A DNA stretch of 63,544 bases, counting the filler, from Octopus bimaculoides (taxonomy: Eukaryota): assembly GCF_001194135.2 (NCBI RefSeq). It is 6 parts of 5 records of this genome, joined end to end, with 100 filler letters (N's around TTAATTAATTAA, not from the genome) between each part and the next. Parts side by side here need not be neighbours in the genome. Positions count along the whole stretch, not along the records: positions 61,730 to 63,544 come from NC_068981.1; 5 more parts are not named here. One strand, given 5' to 3'. Numbering within the stretch: the stretch's first letter is position 1; each line of letters opens with the position of its first letter. Positions 63,514 to 63,544 of this stretch are shown in pieces. A model generated the notes under the pieces. That model was not told the origin of the DNA. It ran no database searches and saw only the letters and a program-made list of their open reading frames with translations. The position numbers and the translations under genes are program-made.

Positions 63514-63544
63514 ATATATATGCATATATATATATATATATATA

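Overview
AT-rich, microsatellite-saturated animal genomic DNA with many N-gaps. The SINE repertoire and the (CA)n/(TA)n/(GA)n/(TAA)n load suggest Octopus (inference from recognised repeat families, no database search run). No multi-exon protein-coding gene can be supported, and nearly all ORFs in the track are translations of microsatellites or N-runs. The window is intergenic or intronic DNA built from: (i) at least four tRNA-derived SINE families; (ii) fragments of R4/Dong, CR1-like, Tx1-like, Jockey/I-like and Penelope-like retrotransposons; (iii) DNA transposons (maT DD37D, mariner DD34D, an ISL2EU-like THAP/SAP element with TIRs, hAT/piggyBac MITEs, Helitron/Helentron derivatives). The most notable signals are a head-to-head pair of minimal type-I hammerhead ribozyme motifs (1321-1538), a tandem unit combining a tRNA-like Pol III promoter with a degenerate hammerhead (26385-26831), a ~165-bp-arm palindrome whose mismatches are mostly G-U compatible (27913-28248), several other long inverted repeats, and a candidate minus-strand first exon with a strong donor near 47782.
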